Below are positions 39,598 to 50,389 of a DNA stretch of 64,000 bases, piece by piece. Every line of letters begins with the position of its first letter. Position 1 is the stretch's first letter. Position numbers and translations under genes: made by a program. The DNA lies in assembly GCA_041665305.1 (NCBI GenBank), contig JBAYJD010000007.1, positions 6,512 to 70,511 on the forward strand, written 5' to 3'. The stretch comes from Elusimicrobiales bacterium (lineage in GTDB: Bacteria; Elusimicrobiota; Elusimicrobia; Elusimicrobiales; UBA9959). The notes below the pieces were generated by a model that did no database searches, was not told the DNA's origin, and worked only from the letters and a program-made list of their open reading frames with translations.

Positions 39598-40617
39598 ATG
39601 CCTATTCTTGCAACTTGGACTTGGATCACTGTGACCCTTAAGACACTTAAAACGGCTGCGGCGCCAGTGTTCCTTTTTACGTCGATACTTATTGCCGCAG
39701 CCGGTCCGCTGGACGCAGGCGTCTTTGACGCGCTCAAAGCCTTATCCGGCGGCGCCGTACCTTTCACACCATCCCTGTCCCACCTGCCGCCCGACCGTCT
39801 TAATCCCGCCGCGCGTCCTCTAAAGGTGTACTTTATAAATGTGGGCCAGGGCGATTCCACCTATATCGAACTGCCCGACGGAAAGAACGCCCTGATAGAC
39901 GGCGGCCCTGATAAGAGCGAGACCGGGAACCTGGCTTTGTTTTTGTCTTCCCACAGCGTGACCAGAATAGACAATGTAGTGCTTACCCATCCCCACTCCG
40001 ATCATTACACCGGCCTCCAGTATGTATTTTCCAAGATGCCTGTGAGCAATTTCTTTGATACGCAGGTGGACAACGCGGCGGCCACGGGCGACGAGGCCGT
40101 CCGGACCCTGGCCGCGGGCGCGCATATCGTCCACCCTTCGGCCGGCGACACTCTGCCCTGGGATGAAAACGAAGTAGGTGTGAAGGTTCTCAATGCCTGC
40201 TCATTCTCGGTGGTCAGCAGTTCAAGCCAGTTCATAAACGACTGCTCGATCGTGCTCCGGATCACCTACCAGAACATCTCTATGCTTTTTACCGGCGACA
40301 TGCAGGATGATGTGGAGGCCGGATTGGTAAAACAATACGGCGGGGAGCTCAAGTCCGAGGTCCTTAAGGTGGGACATCATGGCAGCCGGTATTCTTCCAG
40401 CGACGCCTTCCTGGCCGCCGTGCAGCCTCACGACGCTTATGTTTCCGTAGGCCAGAACAATTACGGCCACCCTACGCCGTCCTGTCTTGCCCGCCTGAAA
40501 AAGGCCGGCGCCGTAGTGCGCCGCACCGATCTCGACGGGACCATGGAGTACGCTATCGGCGGAACTGATATCTCTCCTTCCGCGGCCGCGGACGGCCTTG
40601 TCCCCTTGAAATACTAA
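39598..40617 (+). CDS. exported MBL-fold metallo-hydrolase (ComEC C-terminal-domain-like)
   Basis: 339 aa with VYFINVGQGDSTYIELPDGKNALIDGG, LTHPHSDHYTGL and VGHHGS motifs. The start may be GTG 39631, because the putative -10 abuts ATG 39598. Confidence 0.8.
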   Translation: MPILATWTWITVTLKTLKTAAAPVFLFTSILIAAAGPLDAGVFDALKALSGGAVPFTPSLSHLPPDRLNPAARPLKVYFINVGQGDSTYIELPDGKNALIDGGPDKSETGNLALFLSSHSVTRIDNVVLTHPHSDHYTGLQYVFSKMPVSNFFDTQVDNAAATGDEAVRTLAAGAHIVHPSAGDTLPWDENEVGVKVLNACSFSVVSSSSQFINDCSIVLRITYQNISMLFTGDMQDDVEAGLVKQYGGELKSEVLKVGHHGSRYSSSDAFLAAVQPHDAYVSVGQNNYGHPTPSCLARLKKAGAVVRRTDLDGTMEYAIGGTDISPSAAADGLVPLKY

Positions 40618-40758
40618 ACAGCGTAAAGCCTAAACATGCCGCAGACGCGCGGCAACACACTAGCCACCCGCCGCAGGATTTGGTATTATCTTTATAAGGT
40701 CCCGTCCGGGCCTTGGCCCTTAAACGGGGCTATTCCATGATCCAGGAGCAACACTACT

Positions 40759-43542
<2,784 letters not shown>

Positions 43543-43545
43543 CGC

Positions 43546-44175
43546 GTGTCCACGGCATACGCGTATTTCCCGATGGTCCTTTCCGCCCCCTCCGGGGGCG
43601 GAAAGACCGCCATCCGTGAAAAGCTGCTGGAACGGGACAAACGGTTCCGTTTCAGCGTGACCTGCACCACCAGGCCCATGCGCCCGGGCGAAGTGGAAGG
43701 CCGGGATTATTATTTCGTGACGCCCGGCGAGTTCGGGCGGCTGCGCGCAAACGGGGAGCTTCTGGAATGGGCCCGCGTGCACGGAAATATGTACGGCACT
43801 CCGGTCAAGCCGGTCGTGGCTCTGCTTAAAAAGGGCCTCATTCCGGTGATGACCATAGATGTTAAAGGCGCCAGATCGGTAAAGAGGATATTTCCGGAGA
43901 CGGTAACGGTGTTCCTGCTGCCGCCGGGCCTGAAGACGCTGGTGAGCCGTCTGCGGAAAAGGCGCGAACCGGCGGCGAATATCCGGGTAAGGCTTGAGAC
44001 CGCGAAAAAGGAAATAAAGGAAGCCGCTTTTTTCGATTATCTGGTCATTAACGACAAACTGGCCGAAGCGGCGGGCGATATCCGGGACATAGTGGATATA
44101 GAATGTATGAAGGTCTCCCGCAAACAGGCGGAGATAAAACGGTTCAATAGCGAGCTTTTGAAATTCAGACCCTGA
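43546..44175 (+). CDS. gmk: guanylate kinase
   Basis: Motifs LSAPSGGGKT and TTRPMRPGEVEGRDYYFV. The start is GTG 43546 or ATG 43573. Confidence 0.92.
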   Translation: MSTAYAYFPMVLSAPSGGGKTAIREKLLERDKRFRFSVTCTTRPMRPGEVEGRDYYFVTPGEFGRLRANGELLEWARVHGNMYGTPVKPVVALLKKGLIPVMTIDVKGARSVKRIFPETVTVFLLPPGLKTLVSRLRKRREPAANIRVRLETAKKEIKEAAFFDYLVINDKLAEAAGDIRDIVDIECMKVSRKQAEIKRFNSELLKFRP

Positions 44176-44196
44176 ATAACGTAACGGAGGTTTTCT

Positions 44197-44544
44197 ATGA
44201 CTACTCTTGAGATGAAGATGCATGAAAGCGAGCTGCTCGATAAGCTCATTTCCGACTACGGCCCCACCAAATACCAGGACATTGTGTGGGCCATGGAATG
44301 GGCCCGCCACCTCAGGGGGCAGGAAGCCTATCGCCAGCTGCCCATGGCCGAGATGATAGAGAAAGCCATGCTTGAAGTTATAAGCGGCCAGGTCACCTCC
44401 GAACAGATCCTGAAGGCGATCGGCTCCGGCCCCGCGCCCGTGAAGACGGAAGAAAAGCCGCCGGCGGAGAAGAAGGCCGTCAAGAAGGAGGCGGAGCCGG
44501 AAAAGGAAAAGAAAGAGAAGAAAGTCAAAGCCGAAAAAGAATAG
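44197..44544 (+). CDS. rpoZ: probable RNA polymerase omega subunit with a Lys/Glu-rich tail
   Basis: Conserved gmk-rpoZ synteny. TKYQDIVWAMEWARHLR loosely matches the omega core (N/SKY.L...A.RAR.L). Weak sequence evidence. Confidence 0.45.
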   Translation: MTTLEMKMHESELLDKLISDYGPTKYQDIVWAMEWARHLRGQEAYRQLPMAEMIEKAMLEVISGQVTSEQILKAIGSGPAPVKTEEKPPAEKKAVKKEAEPEKEKKEKKVKAEKE

Positions 44545-44556
44545 CGTTTGTCTTTC

Positions 44557-44599
44557 CGGGCCCGTCCACCGATCCTTTGCGGAGGCCGGGCCTTTTTTT
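44557..44599 (+). terminator. Rho-independent terminator after the rpoZ-like gene
   Basis: GGCCCG (44559-44564) pairs with CGGGCC (44587-44592), followed by T7 (44593-44599). Confidence 0.55.
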
Positions 44600-44609
44600 G
44601 TTCAGCATT

Positions 44610-45416
44610 ATGAGAAACGAACTTAAGGACCTTGCCGCGGACCTGGCCGCCTATCTCAGGGGGCTGGATGAGGATACTTACATCAGCGTGGCGGATAGGA
44701 CGCCGTCGTCACGGGCCGCGGCTCCCGGGCCGCAGACGAAAGAACCCGCGGTCCGGTCCCAGGCGTCCGGCGACGGACCGCCGGCCGCGGGCGCGGAGCC
44801 GTACGCCGCTGAAATGTCCGCTTTATCGGCGGAGATCCGGAAATGCCGCAAATGCCAGCTCGGCAATTCCCGCCTGAACGCCGTGGTCGGCGTGGGCAAC
44901 CCGCGCGCCAAAATTGTGTTCGTCGGAGAGGGGCCGGGCTTTCAGGAAGACCATAAGGGCGAGCCTTTCGTGGGCCGCTCCGGAGCCTTGCTGGATAAGA
45001 TCCTTGCGACGGTGCTGGGCTTAAAGCGCGAGGATGTCTACATAGCCAATATCGTAAAGTGCCACCCTATGATAAATCCGGAGACCCCGGAAGCCCACGG
45101 CAACGACCGCCCCCCCGGCATCGAAGAGATCTCCGCCTGCCGCCCCTATCTGGACCGCCAGCTCATGCTGATAAAACCCAGATGCATAGTTCCGCTGGGT
45201 TCCGTGGCCACCAGGGTTTTGCTGGGCGCGACGCGGGGCATAAGTTTTATGCGCGGCAAATGGTATGATTATCCCGTAGAGCTTTTTGGTCCAGGACATC
45301 CCATCAAAGTGCTGCCCACTTATCATCCCGCGGCCCTGCTCAGGAACTCCGAGCTGAAGCGCGAAACCTGGGAAGATATGAAGATGCTTAAGTCGTTTCT
45401 TGAGAAGGAACTGTAG
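44610..45416 (+). CDS. uracil-DNA glycosylase, family 4
   Basis: CRKCQLGNSR, IVFVGEGPGFQEDHKGEPFVGRSGALLDKIL and HPAALLRN. ATG 44610 follows the terminator (the ORF track starts at 44577). Confidence 0.9.
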   Translation: MRNELKDLAADLAAYLRGLDEDTYISVADRTPSSRAAAPGPQTKEPAVRSQASGDGPPAAGAEPYAAEMSALSAEIRKCRKCQLGNSRLNAVVGVGNPRAKIVFVGEGPGFQEDHKGEPFVGRSGALLDKILATVLGLKREDVYIANIVKCHPMINPETPEAHGNDRPPGIEEISACRPYLDRQLMLIKPRCIVPLGSVATRVLLGATRGISFMRGKWYDYPVELFGPGHPIKVLPTYHPAALLRNSELKRETWEDMKMLKSFLEKEL

Positions 45417-45458
45417 GGTGGAGGGAGTGGGAGCCGTCCAAACCGCGCGCCCTGACTT

Positions 45459-47513
45459 ATGATCGCAGAACTAGCTTTTCCGGTCCCGCTCAGGCGGACA
45501 TTCTATTACCGCGTTAAAGAAGAACTCTCCGCCTCCGCGCGGCCCGGCCTGCGCGTTTGGGCCTCGTTCGGTCCTCAGAAGCTTGTCGGAATGATCATCA
45601 GGCTGCATGAAGATTCCTCAGTGGACCTGTCGGGTTTTAAATCATTGAAAAGTATCGAGTCCTTCCTGGACTCCGCGCCGGTTTCTCGCGATGATCTCCC
45701 GGCGATAGCGTCCTGGATGCAGGACCGGTGGAACGCCCCGATAGGCCTGGCGGTCGAGAATTTTTTCGGGCAGTTCATGACCGAAGCTTTTCCCGTCTCC
45801 CAGGCCGCGCGATCGGAGCTCCCCTCCGTTTTTCTTGAAGATGTCCAGCCCCCGCTTTTAAGCTCTTCGCTGATAGAGATAGCGGCGAAGCTGGCCGTTT
45901 TCGCGGCTCAGCCCCCCAGCGCATTTTCCGCCGGGACGGCGCCCGAAGCGCGGGGCGCGGCGCATGTGCTGTTCGGGCCGCCGCAGAACGGTCGCTATGA
46001 CGTTTATCTTGAACTGGCCAGGAAAGCCGTTTCCGACGGGGGGCAGGCCGTATGTCTGGTGCCGGACCTTAACCTTATAGCCCCTTTCGAAGAGCGACTT
46101 CGCGCCGTCTTCAGGCCGGAGGCTCTGGCCGTTTGGCACAGCCGCCTGACGCCTAGGCAGCGCCGCGACGCCTGGCATGGCGTCAGGACCGGCGCGGTCA
46201 AGGTTGTAGTGGGCGCGCGGTCGGCGGCCTTTCTTCCTTTTAAACAGCTTTCACTGGCCCTTATCGACGAAGAGCAGGACGACATTTACAAGGCGGAGGA
46301 GCAGGAACCCAATTTCCACGCCAGGGACCTGCTGCTGAAACGCGCGCCGTACCATGGGACATGCGTGATCCTGGCCAGCGCCGCCCCGTCGATGGAGGCT
46401 TATGCCGGAGTCTCGCGCGGGCGCTTTACCTGGACCGAGCTGCCGCGGCCGACCCTCAACCGTCCGAAGGTCGCCATTGTCGATATGGAATCCCGGCGAT
46501 GGGAGCTGATCTCGGGGCCGCTGGAAGATAAACTTAAGAACGCCGTAAAAGAAAAAAGACAGGCGCTGGTGCTGACCGGAAGAAAAGGCTACGCCTCGCT
46601 GACCGCCTGCGCCAACTGCGGCTGGATAAAACGCTGCGGGCGCTGCCGTATCCCCATGGGTACCAGAAAAGAAGGCGAGGACGGCAAGTTCGTCTGCTGG
46701 CGCTGCGGCAGAAAAGAACCTATACCCGAGACCTGTCCGGCGTGCTCCGGCAGGGTTTTTAGGGAAAGCGGCGCGGGCACGCAGAAGGTCGAGGCCTACC
46801 TTAAGAAGCTTTTGCCGGGAGCCAGGGTGGCGCGGTTCGACGGAGACCTGATGAGGAAATCGGTGAAGAACGCGCAGGCGGTTTATGAAGAGTTTAAAAA
46901 AGGCGGGATAGATGTGCTGGTGGGCACCCGCTTGCTGGCGCGGGGCCACGATTTCCACAATCTCGGCGTCATCGGGGTGGTGGATTCCGACGCGGGGCTT
47001 TCCGCCGCGGATTTCAGGGCTTCGGAAAAGATCTTCCAGACCTTGTTCGAGGCCGGTTCGGCCTTGTTCGAAACGAGGGCTCAGGACCCTGAATTCATAG
47101 TGCAGACGCGCCAACCGAAACATTATATTTTTTCCGTCCTTCCGGAGCTGGATTACCTGAAGTTCGCAAAGGACGAGCTGGCGGCGCGGAAAGATTTTTT
47201 CTATCCCCCCTTCTCCGAGCTGGTACGCATAAGTTTCGCCTCGCTAGACGCGAAGGTTATAGCGGCCTTCTCGTCCGAGGTGCTGGCGGCGCTGGACAGT
47301 CCCGCCGGAGATGAGGCCGGCGCACCCACGGCGGAGATCCTCGGCCCGATGGTGTTCAACGATCCTAAGAAGACGAAGGTCGTAAGGGAATACTACCTGA
47401 TAAAGTTGGCCGACGAAAAGGAACTGGCCTGGTGCCTGGGGAAGTTAAGGAACCTGAAGCCGCCCAAAACCCTCCGCTTCCGGATAACCGCCGACCCTTA
47501 TAGTTTCAAATAA
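45459..47513 (+). CDS. priA: primosomal protein N' (PriA) homologue with degenerate ATPase motifs
   Basis: 684 aa. N-terminal 3'-DNA-binding-domain-like region, Cys-rich Zn region CANCGWIKRCGRCRIP...CWRCG...CPACSG, LVGTRLLARGHDF. But Walker A is GPPQNGRY, motif II is DEEQ, and motif VI is AGSALF. Confidence 0.8.
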   Translation: MIAELAFPVPLRRTFYYRVKEELSASARPGLRVWASFGPQKLVGMIIRLHEDSSVDLSGFKSLKSIESFLDSAPVSRDDLPAIASWMQDRWNAPIGLAVENFFGQFMTEAFPVSQAARSELPSVFLEDVQPPLLSSSLIEIAAKLAVFAAQPPSAFSAGTAPEARGAAHVLFGPPQNGRYDVYLELARKAVSDGGQAVCLVPDLNLIAPFEERLRAVFRPEALAVWHSRLTPRQRRDAWHGVRTGAVKVVVGARSAAFLPFKQLSLALIDEEQDDIYKAEEQEPNFHARDLLLKRAPYHGTCVILASAAPSMEAYAGVSRGRFTWTELPRPTLNRPKVAIVDMESRRWELISGPLEDKLKNAVKEKRQALVLTGRKGYASLTACANCGWIKRCGRCRIPMGTRKEGEDGKFVCWRCGRKEPIPETCPACSGRVFRESGAGTQKVEAYLKKLLPGARVARFDGDLMRKSVKNAQAVYEEFKKGGIDVLVGTRLLARGHDFHNLGVIGVVDSDAGLSAADFRASEKIFQTLFEAGSALFETRAQDPEFIVQTRQPKHYIFSVLPELDYLKFAKDELAARKDFFYPPFSELVRISFASLDAKVIAAFSSEVLAALDSPAGDEAGAPTAEILGPMVFNDPKKTKVVREYYLIKLADEKELAWCLGKLRNLKPPKTLRFRITADPYSFK

Positions 47514-48224
47514 GGCCGTGTACGGCGGCGCCGGTCGATCTCCACGCGAGGCCACGCCGTTCATCGCCCCCGGGCCTAGATCCACCCAGCCTATCCGCCC
47601 GTCGGTGGCGCGTACAAGGGCGCGGTCCGCCCCGGAACGCTTCGGAAAATATCCGGAAATCTCAAGCTCGGTTCCGGCTGTAAGCCAACCCTTTGTGACA
47701 GCAGCGGTTTTTTCCCGGAAGAGCGCAAGTTTTTTCAGGGTCTTCGTGCGTTTTTGAACCGGATAAAATTCAGGGATCTTCTCTACGGGCCGTCCGTTCT
47801 CCCACCTGAAGCGGCGCTCGATTTTAAAATAAAGATTGGAAGTCTGTTGTATCGAAAACCCCGCAGTTGAGGCAAGATGCAGGATCTCGCCGCTGATATT
47901 CGCCCGTTCCATACCCCCGGGCCCGGAAGACACAAAAAGAAAGTATGGGTTGCAGCTCAAGCCGTGGCTGCTCAGGAGCCGCCAGACGCGGCCCGACCTG
48001 AGGTCTTTAAAGCTTCCGATGCCCAAGGGCGTCGTCTCATCCGTAGGCGGCCCCGCCTGTCCGGCAAAAATCCGCGCGCCTTCGGGATCTATGATCAGAA
48101 CCGCCGGGTCATAGAGCAACTTCATCGGGCAGCCCTCTTTCAATCCGCCGAGATCGCGCGTAGCCTCTCCGGCGGTTAAAGGTCCCGGCAGCGCCAATGC
48201 GGCAGCCAAAAACAAACCCCTCAT
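47445..48224 (-). CDS. secreted hypothetical protein with a C-terminal SH3b-like segment
   Basis: 259 aa with signal peptide MRGLFLAAALALPGPLTAGEA. The last ~23 codons overlap the priA 3' end convergently. Confidence 0.45.
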   Translation of the reverse strand: MRGLFLAAALALPGPLTAGEATRDLGGLKEGCPMKLLYDPAVLIIDPEGARIFAGQAGPPTDETTPLGIGSFKDLRSGRVWRLLSSHGLSCNPYFLFVSSGPGGMERANISGEILHLASTAGFSIQQTSNLYFKIERRFRWENGRPVEKIPEFYPVQKRTKTLKKLALFREKTAAVTKGWLTAGTELEISGYFPKRSGADRALVRATDGRIGWVDLGPGAMNGVASRGDRPAPPYTALFETIRVGGYPEAEGFGRLQVP

Positions 48225-48243
48225 AAGCCTATTCTACACTATT

Positions 48244-48308
48244 AAATAAAAGGTAGCATGAGCCTTTTGAGGTCAAAAGGCAGCAGGAGCCTTTTGAGAT
48301 TTAGCCTT
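48244..48308 (+). repeat. REP doublet A (two ~21-nt hairpin units AAAAGGnnGCAnGAGCCTTTT)
   Basis: 64/65 identical to 49453-49517. Each unit has a 6-7-bp stem (AAAAGG(C)/(G)CCTTTT). Confidence 0.9.
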
Positions 48309-48342
48309 GTTGGAGCATCTGAAAAGCTTCCACTTACCGTCA

Positions 48343-48371
48343 TTGACAAGTCAAGAGGCGCGCAGTATACT
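48343..48371 (+). promoter_or_regulatory. near-consensus sigma70-type promoter of the protease gene (TTGACA-17-TATACT)
   Basis: TTGACA 48343-48348 and TATACT 48366-48371. The ATG is 17 nt downstream. Confidence 0.65.
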
Positions 48372-48387
48372 ATTTGGGGCCATTGTT

Positions 48388-49350
48388 ATGAATATGAGAA
48401 TACTTTTTTTTGTGTTGGTTTTTACACTAGCGCGCGGTCCGGTCCTGTGTGCCGAACCGGATATGGATCCCAATTTGCGCAGAGTTGCGATCTTTGGCAC
48501 GACTGATGACCGTAAAGAGTTGTGGTCCGTGCCTGACATAATAAGAAAATTGGCCGGGTCTACCGTAGCGGTGTTCACAAAAATAAAAGAATCTTATCCC
48601 AACCAACTTGCCAGCGCATCAAGCTCTGGTGCTCTGGTAGGCGACGATCTTGTTCTGATGTCCGGGCATGCCCTTTGGCCTTATAAAGCTATGGGCGAAC
48701 CACAACAGAAAACCTGTGGCGATTTGCTGTTTGTTTTCGGTTATTACGAGTATTCCTATATGAACTTCCCGGCGGATGATATTTATAGCTGTAAAAAAGT
48801 TCTTGCACAAAGAGCTCAGGATGCGGATAATAATTTTCTTTGTTCCAGCGGCAGATGCGAATATTATGCGGTTGACGGTTACGGTCCGGATTACGCGGTT
48901 ATTCAATTGGATAGACCGGTTAGGAACCGAACAGCGCTGGCAATAGGCCGGACCGATGTCAAGGGCGGAGAAAAAATATTCACGATAGGTTATCCGGATG
49001 GCGGACCAGTTAAGATAACAGACAATTGTTCGGTAATGAGTATAGCGAACGGCTATTTTACCACCGAACTTGATGCTTTTCATGGCAATTCCGGCGGGCC
49101 TGTTTTTGACGCAGAAACCTTAAAGGTCGTCGGTATTGCTGTTCGTGGCCAGCGTGATGACTATGTAGACGGTAAGCCCCGTAAGGCTGATCGAGACGAT
49201 CCGTATACCCATGTTACTCTTTCTTCAGAATTTGAAAGATGGATCCCATCAGCTAAAAAAGAAACCGGCGGCGCTTCTGGTAACAACCTGAGCCCGGCTG
49301 TTTTTCATCCGCAGCGGCCGCCCGCGGCATACCCAGAGAATGGGATTTAA
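48388..49350 (+). CDS. secreted trypsin-like (S1 family / PF13365-like) serine protease
   Basis: The ORF track starts at 48307; the likely start is ATG 48388 (MNMRILFFVLVFTLARGPVLCAEP, a signal peptide). Catalytic-Ser motif HGNSGGPVFD. DYAVIQLD is a candidate Asp region. AT-richer DNA. Confidence 0.75.
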   Translation: MNMRILFFVLVFTLARGPVLCAEPDMDPNLRRVAIFGTTDDRKELWSVPDIIRKLAGSTVAVFTKIKESYPNQLASASSSGALVGDDLVLMSGHALWPYKAMGEPQQKTCGDLLFVFGYYEYSYMNFPADDIYSCKKVLAQRAQDADNNFLCSSGRCEYYAVDGYGPDYAVIQLDRPVRNRTALAIGRTDVKGGEKIFTIGYPDGGPVKITDNCSVMSIANGYFTTELDAFHGNSGGPVFDAETLKVVGIAVRGQRDDYVDGKPRKADRDDPYTHVTLSSEFERWIPSAKKETGGASGNNLSPAVFHPQRPPAAYPENGI

Positions 49351-49452
49351 TTCTAAAACATTTTCACATTATTGCCGTCCGCTTGTAAGAACTGCAAAAA
49401 CCATAATTATCTGTTACTACTAGCGGTTCTAAATTAATAAAATGCCGCTTAC

Positions 49453-49517
49453 AAATAAAAGGTCGCATGAGCCTTTTGAGGTCAAAAGGCAGCAGGAGCC
49501 TTTTGAGATTTAGCCTT
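49453..49517 (+). repeat. REP doublet B
   Basis: 64/65 identical to doublet A and in direct orientation to it. Overlaps the last 12 codons of the RAYT ORF. Confidence 0.9.
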
Positions 49518-50135
49518 TTGCATGGCGCGGAAAGACGCGTCGCCAATTATGCCGTTCCGAAATGTATTCAAATATTTCCATTCATGCACGGGGATCGGCC
49601 CTCCAAGGAACTCGATATACATCCTGCGCGCGGCAATCTGTTCCTTGGAATGCCAAGTTAACGGCTCGCTGGCATCAACTATTTTGTCATGGCATCCTGC
49701 GGCATAGGTAAGGTGGCTGGACCAAATATAGTCCCCGGCGGTTGCGACCATTCCGGCTTTTACAGGATTAATATGTATGTAGCGAACCACGGACCAGAAA
49801 TATCGTTCTTTCTGTACAAGCTTGCTTTTAAATCTCCCGCCGAAAAGATGTTCGATACGGCCATGTTTTTTGTTAAAAAAACAACTGTATTCAAGGTTCA
49901 GTCTATACATTGCGGCGCTTATGTTGGCCTTCGGAGTTTCCAATAAAAGATGGACATGATTGGTCATCAATACATAAGCGTAGAGTTTTAGCTGGAAAGC
50001 TGCGGCATGTTTGGAAAGAAGCGCCAAGTATTTTAATCGGTCCGTATCATCCACAAAAATATCAGACTTGTTGTTCCCTCGGCTGATCGCGTGGTAAATG
50101 GCTCCCTCATAAGCTATCCGTAATGGCGTAGGCAT
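49482..50135 (-). CDS. REP-associated tyrosine transposase (RAYT; IS200/Y1_Tnp-like)
   Basis: 217 aa with GAIYHAISRGNN, the HUH motif LMTNHVHLLLE, and the catalytic Tyr region VVRYIHINPVKAG. Confidence 0.8.
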   Translation of the reverse strand: MPTPLRIAYEGAIYHAISRGNNKSDIFVDDTDRLKYLALLSKHAAAFQLKLYAYVLMTNHVHLLLETPKANISAAMYRLNLEYSCFFNKKHGRIEHLFGGRFKSKLVQKERYFWSVVRYIHINPVKAGMVATAGDYIWSSHLTYAAGCHDKIVDASEPLTWHSKEQIAARRMYIEFLGGPIPVHEWKYLNTFRNGIIGDASFRAMQKAKSQKAPAAF

Positions 50136-50141
50136 ATCCCC

Positions 50142-50198
50142 TCCTCAAAAGGCAGCATCTGCTTTTCGCATGTAAAAGGCTCATGCTGCCTTTTTAGA
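50142..50198 (-). repeat. REP doublet C (inverted, diverged)
   Basis: The reverse complement reads AAAAGGCAGCATGAGCCTTTT-ACATGCG-AAAAGCAGATGCTGCCTTTT-GAGGAG, the same two-unit architecture as A and B. Confidence 0.8.
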
Positions 50199-50389
50199 GT
50201 ATAGATCATGAGGGCGACAGCGTGCTGTCGGGGAAAGTTTATAAATATTGGCTGTTACTCGGGGCCTTAAATTAATAAAATAATGGTTGCGGGGGATCGG
50301 GGTTTATGGCGGTTTGTCCGCCGGCATTCCGGAACTGTAAGGTTGTGCCGGAAACAGGGGGATGTGGCGACGACAGATAAGGTGAAATT

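Larger units (their letters stand above)
49453..50198 (-). mobile_element. RAYT unit: REP-associated tyrosine (Y1/HUH) transposase gene bracketed by inverted REP doublets
   Basis: Doublet B (49453-49517) and the diverged inverted doublet C (50142-50198) flank ORF 49482-50135. Confidence 0.7.

Noticed and set aside
48251-48295. Repeated 21-nt units that could be mistaken for a mini CRISPR array
   Set aside because: There are only two units per site, separated by 6 nt with no spacer-sized intervals. The units are themselves hairpins, and a RAYT gene is adjacent. This is REP/REPIN architecture, not CRISPR.
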